A stretch of DNA of 63,414 nucleotides, the filler included, from Octopus bimaculoides (Eukaryota), in assembly GCF_001194135.2 (NCBI RefSeq). It is 5 parts of 5 records of this genome, joined end to end, with 100 filler letters (N's around TTAATTAATTAA, not from the genome) between each part and the next. Parts side by side here need not be neighbours in the genome. Positions count along the whole stretch, not along the records: positions 26,009 to 39,001 come from NC_068995.1; positions 39,102 to 58,525 come from NC_069008.1; 3 more parts are not named here. The stretch is one strand, 5' to 3'. Position numbers and translations under genes: made by a program. Shown piece after piece: positions 26,972-40,335 of this stretch; the stretch's first letter is position 1; every line of letters starts with the position of its first letter. The notes under the pieces are model-generated. The model had not been told where the DNA came from and searched no databases. It worked only from the letters and a program-made list of their open reading frames with translations.

Positions 26972-27529
26972 TCCTCGGATGTAGTATCAGGCAGTGGCTC
27001 TCATGGCTTCTGATCTTAACCGATTGGAAGTGTTATCATGGACATTGTTTTGTCTTGGTATAAAAAGATGGGCTACAGCAAATATTCTGCTCAATACCAC
27101 AGATTTGCTTGTCAGTCGTCGTTTGACCTTAACCAGTTGAACATGTCCCTTGGTGGCTGACAATATGTGCACCTCTGATTACGACCAGAAGTAGTGGGGG
27201 AGCATCATAGCCATGTGTTGAGAGGAGTTCTTTGGGGTTTGGATAACTCACCTCTGGAAACATGGGTGTTTCGATCAACATCCTTAAACAACCCTTATTC
27301 GGGGACCTTTTGCGCTGGATGGGCTACTCGATCTGAAAACAAACTTCTAACTGGGCCCCATCCGCAAGGTCATGCGCTGTTTATCTTGATATGAGATCAC
27401 CATGTCGCGCACATATGGTTGTGATGCATGTGCCTGGTGTACCATTATCGAACTGGTAGTCATGATGGGTATATTGGGCTTCGTATATTTCTATCCCAGC
27501 GTCACTTTGATGCCATGTGCTGCTCACTC
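26972..27529 (-). mobile_element. Repeat family E, second copy
   Basis: Same 5' end (GAGTRAG) and 3' end as 21759-22277. Confidence 0.8.
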
Positions 27530-27532
27530 AGT

Positions 27533-27569
<37 letters not shown>

Positions 27570-27793
27570 GCTACTGCTGCTGCTGCTGCTACTACTGCTA
27601 CTACTACTACTACTACTACTACTGCTGCTGCTGTTACTGCTGTTACTGCTGCTGCTGCTGCTGCTGTTACTACTACTACTACTACTACTACTACTGCTAC
27701 TGCTACTGCTACTGCTGCTGCTACTACTGCTACTACTACTACTACTACTACTGCTGCTGCTGTTACTGCTGTTACTGCTGCTGCTGCTGCTGT

Positions 27794-27835
<42 letters not shown>

Positions 27836-27967
27836 CNNNNNNNNNNNNNNNNNNNNNNNNNNNNNNNNNNNNNNNNNNNNNNNNNNNNNNNNNNNNNNNA
27901 CTGCTACTACTACTACTACTACTACTGCTGCTGCTGTTACTGCTGTTACTGCTGCTGCTGCTGCTGT

Positions 27968-27998
<31 letters not shown>

Positions 27999-28096
27999 GC
28001 TACTGCTACTGCTACTGCTGCTGCTACTACTGCTACTACTACTACTACTACTACTGCTGCTGCTGTTACTGCTGTTACTGCTGCTGCTGCTGCTGT

Positions 28097-28138
<42 letters not shown>

Positions 28139-28140
28139 CA
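27533..28140. repeat. Compound (ACT)/(GCT)/(GTT) triplet array with higher-order repeat
   Basis: The block read as AAAVTAVTAAAAAV recurs four times; a gap lies in the middle. Confidence 0.9.
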
Positions 28141-28266
28141 CTCTTTAGCTGAAGCGCTAAGTTGCGGGGACGTAAACACACCAGCATCGGTTGCCAAGCG
28201 ATGTTGGGGGGACAACCACAGATATACACGTTTATAAGCCCTAAAATTTACTCCATAATTGCCCAC

Positions 28267-28514
28267 GGGCATATGGCGTAGTGGTTAACAGTGCGGGCTA
28301 CTAACCCCAAGATTCCGAGTTCGATTCCAGGCAGTGACCTGAATAATAATAACAATAACAATAATAATAATAATAATAATAATAACAGCAACATCGAAAA
28401 ATACCTTTGAAATGAGAACCCAGGTTGTGTTAACAACAAACAAGATGAGGACAAATATCCGTCAAATAGTGTTAATGATGTACGTAATTCCTCATTTTTA
28501 AATATAGAACTGTA
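28267..28514 (+). mobile_element. tRNA-headed SINE of the HHR-carrying family F, with the HHR deleted
   Basis: TGGCGTAGTGG and GAGTTCGATTCC boxes, (AAT)n, then the body of the 52.4-52.85 kb copies with the ribozyme segment missing at 28424-28426. Confidence 0.85.
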
Positions 28515-28944
28515 TCCGGCGGAGTTTCTAGAAATTTCGATCAGGCTGTTTGGTTGGTAGATTCCAACTTACTTGGTTACACACCAGCCAATCTGTTCGT
28601 GTATGTATTGATGCCTTTTATGGTCACACAGTTTTTCCTAACAAGTCATACTACTTTTATACTAGTATGTAGGCCGTGACCCTGGGCAAGAGAGTCTAAG
28701 CACGAGGGTTGTAAACTCTGCTGGAGCTTCGTTACGACATTAACTTATCGAAAGGGAAATCATTTTCAAAAAGGAATCGAAAAAAAGTCACCAGATTCTG
28801 CAGAGCGGGACCTTAGCTCTTACCCAACCTCTTACACGGATGTCAACCGGATCATAAAGTAGGGGTTTTCAAATTCGGATGATATTTCGAAAGGCCGTCT
28901 CTCGGTCTGCTTGATTCAGACCATCCCATAGCTAAACAACAACA

Positions 28945-28976
<32 letters not shown>

Positions 28977-30262
28977 ATTTATGAGGGTCAGCAAGGAAGC
29001 AAGAAGTAAAAAAGGTATTGTGTAAAATTTATGCATTTTCACAGAGATATTCTCGACAATTAAATTGAAGTGTCTGCAATGCGGTGACTGTTGGTGTAAT
29101 TTGTGGGTACTATGGCGGTGGTGTTGGGTTGATAAATGAAAGAGGGGAGAGTAATAAAAAAAAAGCATTATGGGAGAGTGTCGGGAGCAGAGTGAAAGAC
29201 AAAGGAGAACGATTTTTTTGTGTGCGGAGACGTTGTTATGGTCGACTGATAAAGAAAGAACAAGGGAAATAAATCTGTCTGGACTGAGTGGGAGACCTAT
29301 TAAAGCCCTTATTAACGGTGACAGAATGACAGCAGACGATGACAGCCGAGTTATATAAACAGGGCTTCCTGGCAAGTATAACGACGAGGTGAAAAAGAAA
29401 GCCGAGGCTAAGACGGACGACGAAAAGGGCGAAGATGACGAACAATAAGTTAGCGTCAACGGAAGGCTGTAATAAACTTAAACTAACAAGCAATTGAATA
29501 AATAAATGAATAAATAAATATGGAGGTCATACATCATGAATTTAGAAAAGGATTTATTGTTAAACTGGATTTAGCTTTATTTTCTTTGTTTTCATTTTTC
29601 TTTCTTTCTTTCTTTTTGAAACCAAATGAAGGTGAAAAAACAAAATGAAATACAAAACTGGAAGGACACTGAAAAGAATAGTAATACGAACTAGTTTAGT
29701 TATGAAAGTCAGGCGCGAGACAAAAAGAAGAAAATATATGTGTATTTCTATTATATAAATAAGGATTTCTCAGATGGGAAGAAAGCTGTAAATTTCGGGG
29801 TGTTGGCATGGCTGTGTGATTAAGAAGTTTGCTTCGTAACTATGTGGTTTCGGGTTCAGTTCCATCGCATGCAGCACATAGGGAAGGTGTCTTCTGAGGG
29901 AAGTTCGGTGACAGAAAGAAACTCTGTGGAAGCCTGTCACGTATATATGCATATGCATGTGTGTATAGATAAATGTGTGCATTCCCACAGAGTTGAAACG
30001 CTGTTTGATTTATTTTTTCAGCGTACAATTTTCATCATCCCACTACCAAGTATGACATCACCCCTTCCTTCCTTATTCATCTATCATCCCTTCCTTTCTA
30101 ATTCGCGTGTCTCATTTTTTTAAAAAGAATACTTGCATAGTATTCAAATACAAAGGGCATTTTCCTTGTTTCTGTCTGTCTCTGTCTCTCTTATTTATTC
30201 ATATGGTTGAGAGGTCGATGTGAATTCTTGGCAGAAGAACCACATCGTTTCGGGTTCTTGTA

Positions 30263-30608
30263 TACCAGCCACATGGTTCCGAGTTCAGTCCCACTGCGTG
30301 GCACCTTGGGCAAGTGTCTTCTACTATAGCTTTGAGCCGACCAAAGCCTTGTGAATGGATTTGGTAGACGAAAACTGAAAGAAGCCCGTCGTATATTATA
30401 TATATATATGTGTGTATGTGTGTGTTTGTGTTTGTCCCCCCACCATAGCTTGACAACTGATGTTGGTGTGTTTACGAAGCCGGCAAAAGGGACCGATAGA
30501 ATAAGTACTAGGCTTACAAAGAATAAGTGTTGGGGTCGATTTCCTCGACTAAAGGCGGTGCTCCACCATAGCCGCAGTCAAATGACTGAATCAAATAAAA
30601 GAATAAAA
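30263..30608 (+). mobile_element. SINE family A (5'-clipped)
   Basis: Family A body and tail. Confidence 0.85.
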
Positions 30609-30727
30609 ATATTCTTTTAAAAGAACTTTTCATTTAAGTTTTCTAAAATTTAATTGTTTTCCATACTTAGAGTTGAAAAAATCTCACTAACTGAAACCGA
30701 TACTAAAATATTTCTTATGATAAAATT

Positions 30728-30773
30728 AACACAACGTCTCGGCTGACAGACCCTCCAGCCTTCATCAGGTGTC
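30728..30773 (-). ncRNA. Isolated family F hammerhead module (A14>G)
   Basis: Minus strand reads GACAC CTGATGA A GGCTG-GAGGGTCTGT-CAGCC GAGA CG T T GTGTT. Confidence 0.7.
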
Positions 30774-30819
30774 TTGTAAAATCGGAGATACGGGATCCAT
30801 TCGAATATGAGACGAGCTA

Positions 30820-30868
30820 TGCTTTACTGATGAGGTCAATCAAGGGCGAAACGTATGCCTGTCTGGCA
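30820..30868 (+). ncRNA. Degenerate type I hammerhead motif, different family
   Basis: CTGATGA GGTC AATCAA GGGC GAAAC GTATGCCT GTC TGGCA: intact core and GUC site, with mismatches in stems I and II. Confidence 0.6.
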
Positions 30869-31299
30869 CTTGCATCTGAAACAATAGAAACCGAAAACGT
30901 ACGCTGTAGAATAGGACACATGATTAGCGAATGAAATGACCAACACCTTATCCACATCGCCATTCGATAACTGCTGATCTTGTCGAAGTATAAGCTACAC
31001 CACCCAGAAGTGAGCGTCTTGTCTACAATGACCGAAGAATTGTTAGCAAAATAATCTTCTTCGTGATCAGATAATTGTTGAGAAAATCGATACAGGCTGA
31101 TAAATTGGCGGAAGGGTGGAAAATATCGTTTGTGGTTTGGTTGTTGTCGTTGTTTTCGTAAAAATATGATATGGGTGTGTTTTGTATCGGCAGAGAAGGA
31201 TCACTGAATAAGGGGGCGTGTGTGTGTTGGAGGAGTTTTAATAAAATAACAAAGAATTTAATGTATACTGGGTGTATATATGTATATATATACATATAT

Positions 31300-31352
<53 letters not shown>

Positions 31353-31637
31353 NNNNNNNNNNNNNNNNNNNNNNNNNNNNNNNNNNNNNNNNNNNNNNNN
31401 NNNNNNNNNNNNNNNNNNNNNNNNNNNNNNNNNNNNNNNNNNNNNNNNNNNNNNNNNNNNNNNNNNNNNNNNNNNNNNNNNNNNNNNNNNNNNNNNNNNN
31501 NNNNNNNNNNNNNNNNNNNNNNNNNNNNNNNNNNNNNNNNNNNNNNNNNNNNNNNNNNNNNNNNNNNNNNNNNNNNNNNNNNNNNNNNNNNNNNNNNNNN
31601 NNNNNNNNNNNNNNNNNNNNNNNNNNNNNNNNNNNNN

Positions 31638-31678
<41 letters not shown>

Positions 31679-32171
31679 TTCCCATCCGTGTGTGATGAAA
31701 GTGATTTTATTGGCGATCTTATTTAAGTTTCTTTATCTAGGGCATGTGTGTTATCAATTTCTTTTTGGGCATGCGTATGGTAAAATACAAGTGACAGAGA
31801 ATGTCATGTAGATGACTTGTACATATATCTGCATGTATACACACCTAGATGCGTGTTTGTAAGTACGTACGTACGTATGTATGTATGTATGTATGTATGT
31901 ATGTATGTATAGATAGATAGATAGATAGATAGATAGATTCGTACATACACAGGCACATGTATATACACAGATATATATATACAGGTACACGTATACGAAC
32001 ATACTCGTAGATATGTATGTGCTCATTTGATGGAAGGCGCACGTCTAGACATTTGATGTGAGATTATTTTGCACCGTGGCTTGAAAAGTGCTTGCAAGAT
32101 AGCAAAATTTCAGCTGCTCTTCTTTTTAGGTAGTGGGACCGATGATAATGTTAAATATTAGAAGAGAGCGA

Positions 32172-32218
<47 letters not shown>

Positions 32219-32834
32219 AGAGGGATAAAGAGAGAGAGAATTGGCATTTTCTGCAAGTCAAGTTATCTCAAACTTGACAGCTCAATAAAAAAATTGCTTC
32301 AAAGATGATTTTCCTCAACAAAAGATAGATTGGTACAAAATACTATTTACTGTAGTTAAAGGCAATGAAATTTTGAGTGGATATAATATGATTTCCGCAG
32401 TAAAACGGTTAAACCAAAGGTTCCCGAAGTCATTCGATCGTAACACAATGAAGGTTAGCTACAGTTGCTTCGACAACAGCAAAGCTAGCTTATATAAATG
32501 ACCTGCTGATTCTAAACAAGATTACGTACGGAGGGATGGGCTCCGTAAGGTCTGAAAATGCCTAATACCTGCTGCATTATACTACGGGATCCCTACGACT
32601 CCAGGTAGGGCAAATACACACGTACTTGTGTACGCGCATGATGCCAAATGCTGTTAATCTGCAATGACAGTAATCTGTCCTTCGAGTTTGATCCTTGATT
32701 GGTGTTGTTTTGTTCACGACGTTTATGGCGTTAGGAAAGTATGTCTGCTACAATATCTTATGTGTCATTACTTAAATTTCTTGTTGGGAAATCACTATAC
32801 TTCTGTATGGAATCTATGTATGTATGTATACATA

Positions 32835-32881
<47 letters not shown>

Positions 32882-32891
32882 TATATAAATG

Positions 32892-32928
<37 letters not shown>

Positions 32929-33621
32929 GTATGTATATATATATATATATAAATGTATGTATATANNNNNNNNNNNNNNNNNNNNNNNNNNNNNNNNNNN
33001 NNNNNNNNNNNNNNNNNNNNNNNNNNNNNNNNNNNNNNNNNNNNNNNNNNNNNNNNNNNNNNNNNNNNNNNNNNNNNNNNNNNNNNNNNNNNNNNNNNNN
33101 NNNNNNNNNNNNNNNNNNNNNNNNNNNNNNNNNNNNNNNNNNNNNNNNNNNNNNNNNNNNNNNNNNNNNNNNNNNNNNNNNNNNNNNNNNNNNNNNNNNN
33201 NNNNNNNNNNNNNNNNNNNNNNNNNNNNNNNNNNNNNNNNNNNNNNNNNNNNNNNNNNNNNNNNNNNNNNNNNNNNNNNNNNNNNNNNNNNNNNNNNNNN
33301 NNNNNNNNNNNNNNNNNNNNNNNNNNNNNNNNNNNNNNNNNNNNNNNNNNNNNNNNNNNNNNNNNNNNNNNNNNNNNNNNNNNNNNNNNNNNNNNNNNNN
33401 NNNNNNNNNNNNNNNNNNNNNNNNNNNNNNNNNNNNNNNNNNNNNNNNNNNNNNNNNNNNNNNNNNNNNNNNNNNNNNNNNNNNNNNNNNNNNNNNNNNN
33501 NNNNNNNNNNNNNNNNNNNNNNNNNNNNNNNNNNNNNNNNNNNNNNNNNNNNNNNNNNNNNNNNNNNNNNNNNNNNNNNNNNNNNNNNNNNNNNNNNNNN
33601 NNNNNNNNNNNNNNNNNNNNN

Positions 33622-33661
<40 letters not shown>

Positions 33662-33787
33662 GTATTTATGTATATTTGCGTGTGTACGTATGTTGGTGTA
33701 TACGTTTGAGTTTATTAAAATGCGTACATGCTTGCATGTCTGTGTGTGTGTATGTGTACATATGTGTGTGCGTGTGTGTGTACGTGC

Positions 33788-33827
<40 letters not shown>

Positions 33828-34915
33828 GGTATATAGGGCTCATTAGTTCTCGTCTTTTTTGTTTTAATTAGGGGTGAAAATACAAGTTGTATGTGAGTAA
33901 GACACTTCAGTATAACACGTAGAGGTTGATATAATTATTGGTTACCATGGAGATCTGTGCCGGAAGGTCAAAAGTTATGGAGGCGTAAAAGTCGTTAACT
34001 GTGTCACTGGGGCAAAGATGGCAGACATTGAGAAAGAGGGGGGTAAGCGGAAGTGAGAGAGAGTAGGACACTTATGTGTAACAACGCATTAATTATATCA
34101 CAGATGTAATGAGGAATATTTTTGCAATCGTTCGATCAAATGAATACTACAACCAAATTCCATGAATTAGAGATCACGTGACTTAAGTCAGGATGATCAC
34201 TTGCAAAGTATTTTTCAATTAATTTATAAATTATCCCTCACATATGAAGGTCTCTCTTAATCCGTTTTGAAAAATCTGTTGTTACTGGTTTAGTTTGTCA
34301 CCAAACCGCTTAGATCAAGTTACCACTGATTCGCATTGATCAATCTCTCATTATTTAGCTCCCTTCAATTTGCCAATAAGCATCATTGAAACATTCGATT
34401 GCGCTACAATCGGCTCTGATAATTGCTATTCATCTGTTTTTGGTATCAATTAGACGCTAATTTACTGTGATCCTTTCTGGTTGCTACGTCACGAAACGTC
34501 TTCAATGCTATATGTTTAAGATAACACATTTTTGGGTAAAATACCACGAATATATTTTCAGCAAGGACTGCATTACCAACAGATGCATCAACACGTTCTT
34601 TTGACTGCCAGAATGTACGTGTTGACAAATATATCGAAACCACTTGTTGACCCACCGAAATGTATATCGAATACTTAAATTTTTTTTTTTTTCAAATATT
34701 TAATTTGTAATGTACTGTTCATGGGAGGGATGACTTCCCTTTGCAAATACAGACAGGACACAGATGTGTGTCAATAGCCAGCTGGAGGAGATGTTCTCCT
34801 GGGGCTAAAAGCAACAGTAACATTCACTCTTAGGGGTCAGCCGCATTTAAGTTGCAAATATACTTCACCTTGTCGTGCAGTTACTGTTAATACTTCGTTC
34901 AGAGATTTAACATTG

Positions 34916-34946
<31 letters not shown>

Positions 34947-35633
34947 GGAGAGAGAGAGGGGGGGGGAGTAGAAAGGTAGATAAACTCGTTCATGTAAATA
35001 ATGCATATATTTACATGAAATACTAAATACAGTCTCTTGAAAGAAGAAATAAAGAAAACGATAGTCTTATCTTGACAGCTGTTTCGAGAGGATCAAGTTT
35101 TATGCTTTAGCCAAGTTCATACATAATAAAGACCGATGATGTCGTAGGTATATATGATAACAACAGTTCCTATGAATCCGTTTAGCAAAGCCGAGTCATC
35201 CTCGTTGTAAAAATATGACATGTTGGAGAATCGCTCGGACACGAATTGTAAAAGTAAACCATAACTGATTTATAGGAATACTTTTGTTCTCAAACTCTTG
35301 GAGATGGAATAGATCTTTGGTCTGCATGCACTTCAACATTTAACTATGGATGTGGGACATATGTGTCACACAAGCCTCTGTCACTATAATCCCGTGTTGA
35401 AAACAGATGTCCCATCATTCAGTATACACATATGCATATGACCGTGAATAATGAATGACAGTATACAATAAATAATGAAACGGCTATCATTTGACAAGAA
35501 GCAATCATGTATGTGTGTCTTTATGTATGTATATATGTATGTGTATACACACACATCTGTATGCACGTATGTATGCATATATGTATGCATGTATGCATGC
35601 ATGTATGTACATACGTATGTCTACGTATGTATG

Positions 35634-35724
<91 letters not shown>

Positions 35725-37590
35725 GGTAGGTATGATTTGAGTGTAGTTGAATACATGTTTGTATCTATGTATGAATGTACACGAGTATATGTATGTATGT
35801 CTTTAGTCGAGTTAGTTGACACCACTCACGAGCTCATTCTGTCACATCATACACTGGGAATAAATAATAGAAAAAGAAGAAAAACACCCGTATAATTTTG
35901 CTTTTCTCCTACCAATATCTATAAATCAAGCTCTATTTTCCCAATGTTTATGGAATTATTGTCGGCTAACAAAGAAATTAATAAAAGACTTGGGTGACGA
36001 CGAAAATGGCGACGACGACGACGGCGACCAGACGACATTCACCGAAGAAATTGTGTCGGCTGCTCTCTTCCATTATTTATTTATTTATTGCCACAACAAC
36101 GCGTGACCCTGATCCACCTCCTCTCCTTGTCCCTCTTCCTTCTCTTCTCCTTGAGTGACGGAGAGAGAGAGAGAGAGAGGGGGGGGGAGAAAGTGGCAGA
36201 AAAAGAGAGAGAGTGAAGGACTGACTGGTGGATATAGAAAATATACAGGGTGAGAGTGTAAGGGAGAGAATAGGAAAGTAATAGAGAGTATAGGCGAGTA
36301 AGAGGGAGTAGAAGAGTAAAAAGGAGTAAGATAGCAAGAGAGGGGGAGTTAAAGAGAGTAAGAGAGAAATAGAGAGTTGGGAAAGACCCTTCGTTCTCTT
36401 ATTCCCCTCCTCCTCCAGTCTTTATCTCTCTTCGCCCTTCCCCTTCCTCTTCAAACGTTCCTACCACGTCTTCGTTAACTACTCTTCCTACCACCTTCGT
36501 CAACTTTCTTTTCCCCCCTTCCTTTCTCTCGTCACCTACTGTTGATGGCTCTTTGTGCTCCGTAGCTGATCTCTCTCTCTCTCTCTTCCTTTCTCTTTCT
36601 CACTCTTCTTCGTTTTCTCCCATTTTCTTAGAATTCATTTATCTCTATCTCTCTCTCTCTATATCTCCATGTGTCTTTCTCTTTCTGTCTCTTTCCTTCT
36701 TTCTCTCGTACTCTCGCGCACTTTTTCTCCCTCTCCCTCTCCTCTCTTTCTATGTGTGTGTGTATGCATGCATGTGTATGTGTGTACGTATTACGCTTTC
36801 TCTACAAAGTTTTCGTTTCGCCTCTCTCTCTCTCCCATACACATACACACATACACTACATATCTACATACACGCACACACTTTACTAACTCTCCCTCTC
36901 CGTCTTCTTATCACTCTCTTTCTCTTTCTCTTCTTTTCCCCCTCCTCCCCCGTCGGTTTGCTCCAACATAAAAGTACTGAAGCACGCCCACACACACACT
37001 CACTACTACTATTACTGCTACTCTCAGTCACACACCTCTATAGCAAACATACATGCTATCACTCAGGCACATACATTCACCACTCGCACACGTACACGCA
37101 CACGCACACACTGCAACACAGATACAGACCATCACACACCTATATAAGAAATACACACACACACATTGTCACACAGATACACGCACATATTCACATTCAA
37201 ATACGGTCACACATATACTCGCTGTCACACTCACACATACATAGTAGACATACTCGAATATCTACGCACATATGTGAAGCTTACGCAACATACACACATA
37301 TACACGCGTAAGAAAAGCTATCACTCTTACACACACACGCACAAACACACATAAATAAATCAAGTCTCTACACACACATGAAGCATACCAAAGACGCGTC
37401 CTCTACGTGGTCATTCCACATGTTAGAAATAGTAGCTAAATTTACTCAGATATACTCAACTGCTTTAAAAAAGAGAAACGGCCCTGGACAATGAGGTTCC
37501 TTACAGACAAATAAACGGATTGGTCACGTCTGGAACGCGTCTGAGCGAAGGTCTGCTTACAGATACAATTACATGCATACAAATGTGCAC

Positions 37591-37637
<47 letters not shown>

Positions 37638-37972
37638 TGCGTATAAAATATTAATGTGTTTATATATACATGTGTGTATGTATGTATATATATATATATA
37701 CCTGTTTGTACGACTATATAAAGCCATATCTATGTGTGTGTGTGTGTGCATGTGTCTATATATGTGTGGGAGTGTACATATATATATATATATGTATGTG
37801 TGTGTATATGTGTATGTATGTATGTATGTATGTATGTATGTATATGACAGCAGGGAACACGTGTATACACAAATTCACGGACAAGCGCAAAACTATTGAG
37901 AAACAGACGACAGATGTAAACAAATACACATGCGCGCGCGAGCACACACAGAGACACAGACACACAGACACA

Positions 37973-38023
<51 letters not shown>

Positions 38024-38652
38024 ACACACACAAACACACAAACACATGTACATATACATATGTATGAGTACTTTCCGAGCTGTCATTTAGCAAATCGCCC
38101 AACCCTGATCGAACAGTCTCTGCAATTAAAGGCGTTCCGGCCGTGCCAGTCTCATCTGTTTAGCGCTATATAAATAAGGGTATATTGTTTTATGTGTCAA
38201 CGTCTTTAAGACCTGCGTTGTGATTTGAGGGAGAATTGGCTGGTGTTTGTCAAGAAAGCATAGAAGGCCCCGTAGATGTGCGCTTGTCATCACATGGATA
38301 TCACATATATACACATACATATGTACACATATGCATATAAAAATATAGAAACATAGAACAGACACATACACGTTATCTCACACATACCCGAGCGTTGATG
38401 TGAATAGACAATCAACTGCGTACACGTGTTTATGACACATACAAACACATACATACGGGGACACGTATAAACATAGACAGTGATACAGAGAGACTCGTTT
38501 TTTGTTGTTTTTAAACTTTTTTTTTACATGTTTCAGTCATTTGACTGCGGCTATGCTGGAGCACCGAGCAAACGAATCATTCGTTCGTTTTTACGTCCAT
38601 TTTTCTACGCTTGCATGAGTTAGACGAATGCATTATGGAGGCAATGTTTAAC

Positions 38653-39001
38653 AGGAGTGGCTATGTGGTAAGTAGCTTGCTTACCAACCACATGGTTTCG
38701 GGTTCAGTCCCACTGCGTGGCACCTTGGTCAAGTGTCTTCTACTATAGCCTCGGGCCGACCAAAGCCTCGTGAGGGAATTTGGTAGACGGAAACTGAAAG
38801 AAGCCCGTCGTATACATGTATGTATATATGTATATGTATGTATATGTTTGTGTGTCTGTGTTTGTCCCCCCCCCCCAACATCGCTTGACAACCGATGGTG
38901 GTGTGTTTACGTCCCCGTAACTTAGCGATTCGGCAAAAGAGACCGATAGAATAAGTACTAGGCTTACAAAGAATAAGTCGTGGGGTCGATTTGCTCGACT
39001 A
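38653..39001 (+). mobile_element. SINE family A
   Basis: Head AGGAGTGGCTATGTGGTAAGTAGCTTGCTTACC through GGGGTCGATTTGCTCGACT. Confidence 0.9.
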
Positions 39002-39101
39002 NNNNNNNNNNNNNNNNNNNNNNNNNNNNNNNNNNNNNNNNNNNNTTAATTAATTAANNNNNNNNNNNNNNNNNNNNNNNNNNNNNNNNNNNNNNNNNNN
39101 N
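39002..39101. other. Artificial contig-join spacer
   Basis: 44 N + TTAATTAATTAA + 44 N. Confidence 0.95.
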
Positions 39102-39168
<67 letters not shown>

Positions 39169-40019
39169 CATGTATATATTTAAACACACGCATATATATA
39201 TATATATGTATACACACACACACACATATATATACATATATATATATGAGATATAATATCAGAGAGGAGACAATATGGTGAAAAGCAAACAAATAACGAC
39301 AACATATAATGATTAAAGCACTGTAGAATTGTGGGAAATGTGTTGGTGCCTGAGTCCTCATGTCACGCGATCGGACACAACGATGCATTAAATGAAGCAA
39401 AAATGTGAGCTGGGAGTGAAGGGCAGAGCATGGATGCTGAACAGAATGACAGAAACGTTTAGAAGAAGGAGGACGAGGAAGAGGAGGAGGAGGAGGAGGA
39501 GGAGGAGGAGAAGAAGAAGAAGAAGAAGAAGGAGAAGAATAAAAAGAAGAAGAGTAATTAATGTCAACAACTTGGCACAAGTCTAGAAGATGTTTTTGCT
39601 GTGAAGGATCGTAGTTGAATGGTCGGAGATTGAAATATTGGTTTTAGATTTTGGCACAAGGCCAGCACTTTCGTGGAGAGGAGTAAGTCGATTACATTGT
39701 TGACCCTAGTACTCAGGTGGTACTTATTTTATCGACTGTGAAAGGATGGAAGTCAGAGTCAACATCAGTAGCATTTGATCTCAGAACGTAAAGTCGGAAT
39801 TAATTTTACCNNNNNNNNNNNNNNNNNNNNNNNNNNNNNNNNNNNNNNNNNNNNNNNNNNNNNNNNNNNNNNNNNNNNNNNNNNNNNNNNNNNNNNNNNN
39901 NNNNNNNNNNNNNNNNNNNNNNNNNNNNNNNNNNNNNNNNNNNNNNNNNNNNNNNNNNNNNNNNNNNNACCTTCATCCATATTGACATGTATTATATTGT
40001 TCACCTATATCATCATTGT

Positions 40020-40335
40020 TGGGCGTTGTGAGTGTTTATTGAGTGAAAACACCTAAAGCTCCACGAGGCTCCGGCAGGGGATGGTGGTGAACCCTGCTGT
40101 ACTCTTTCACCACAACTTTCTCTCACTCTTACTTCCTGTTTCTGTTGTGCCTGTAATTCAAAGGGTCGGCCTTGTCACACTCTGTGTCACGCTGAATCTC
40201 CCCGAGAACTACATTGAGGGTACACGTGTCTGTGGAGTGCTCAGCCACTTGCACGTTAATTTCACGAGCAGGCTGTTCCGTTGATCGGATCAACTGGAAC
40301 CCTTGACGTCGTAAGCAACGGAGGGCCAACAACAA
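40020..40335 (+). mobile_element. SINE family C, 5'-truncated
   Basis: Nearly identical by eye to 53895-54208. Confidence 0.85.

Noticed and set aside
28874-28900. CGGATGA...GAAAGGCCGTC hammerhead-like string
   Set aside because: Core U4 is wrong, there is no stem II or stem I, and stem III has an extra base.
29360-29448. Acidic peptide GLPGKYNDEVKKKAEAKTDDEKGEDDEQ*
   Set aside because: It follows a stop, lacks a polypyrimidine tract and is purine-rich low complexity.
33930-34050. SGNH-esterase-like LINE ORF1 remnant (IIIG...VVNCVTGAKMADI)
   Set aside because: Too short and degenerate to support without a profile search.
34446-34655. Non-repetitive 69-aa ORF
   Set aside because: No motif recognised and the start is non-ATG; the length is expected by chance.
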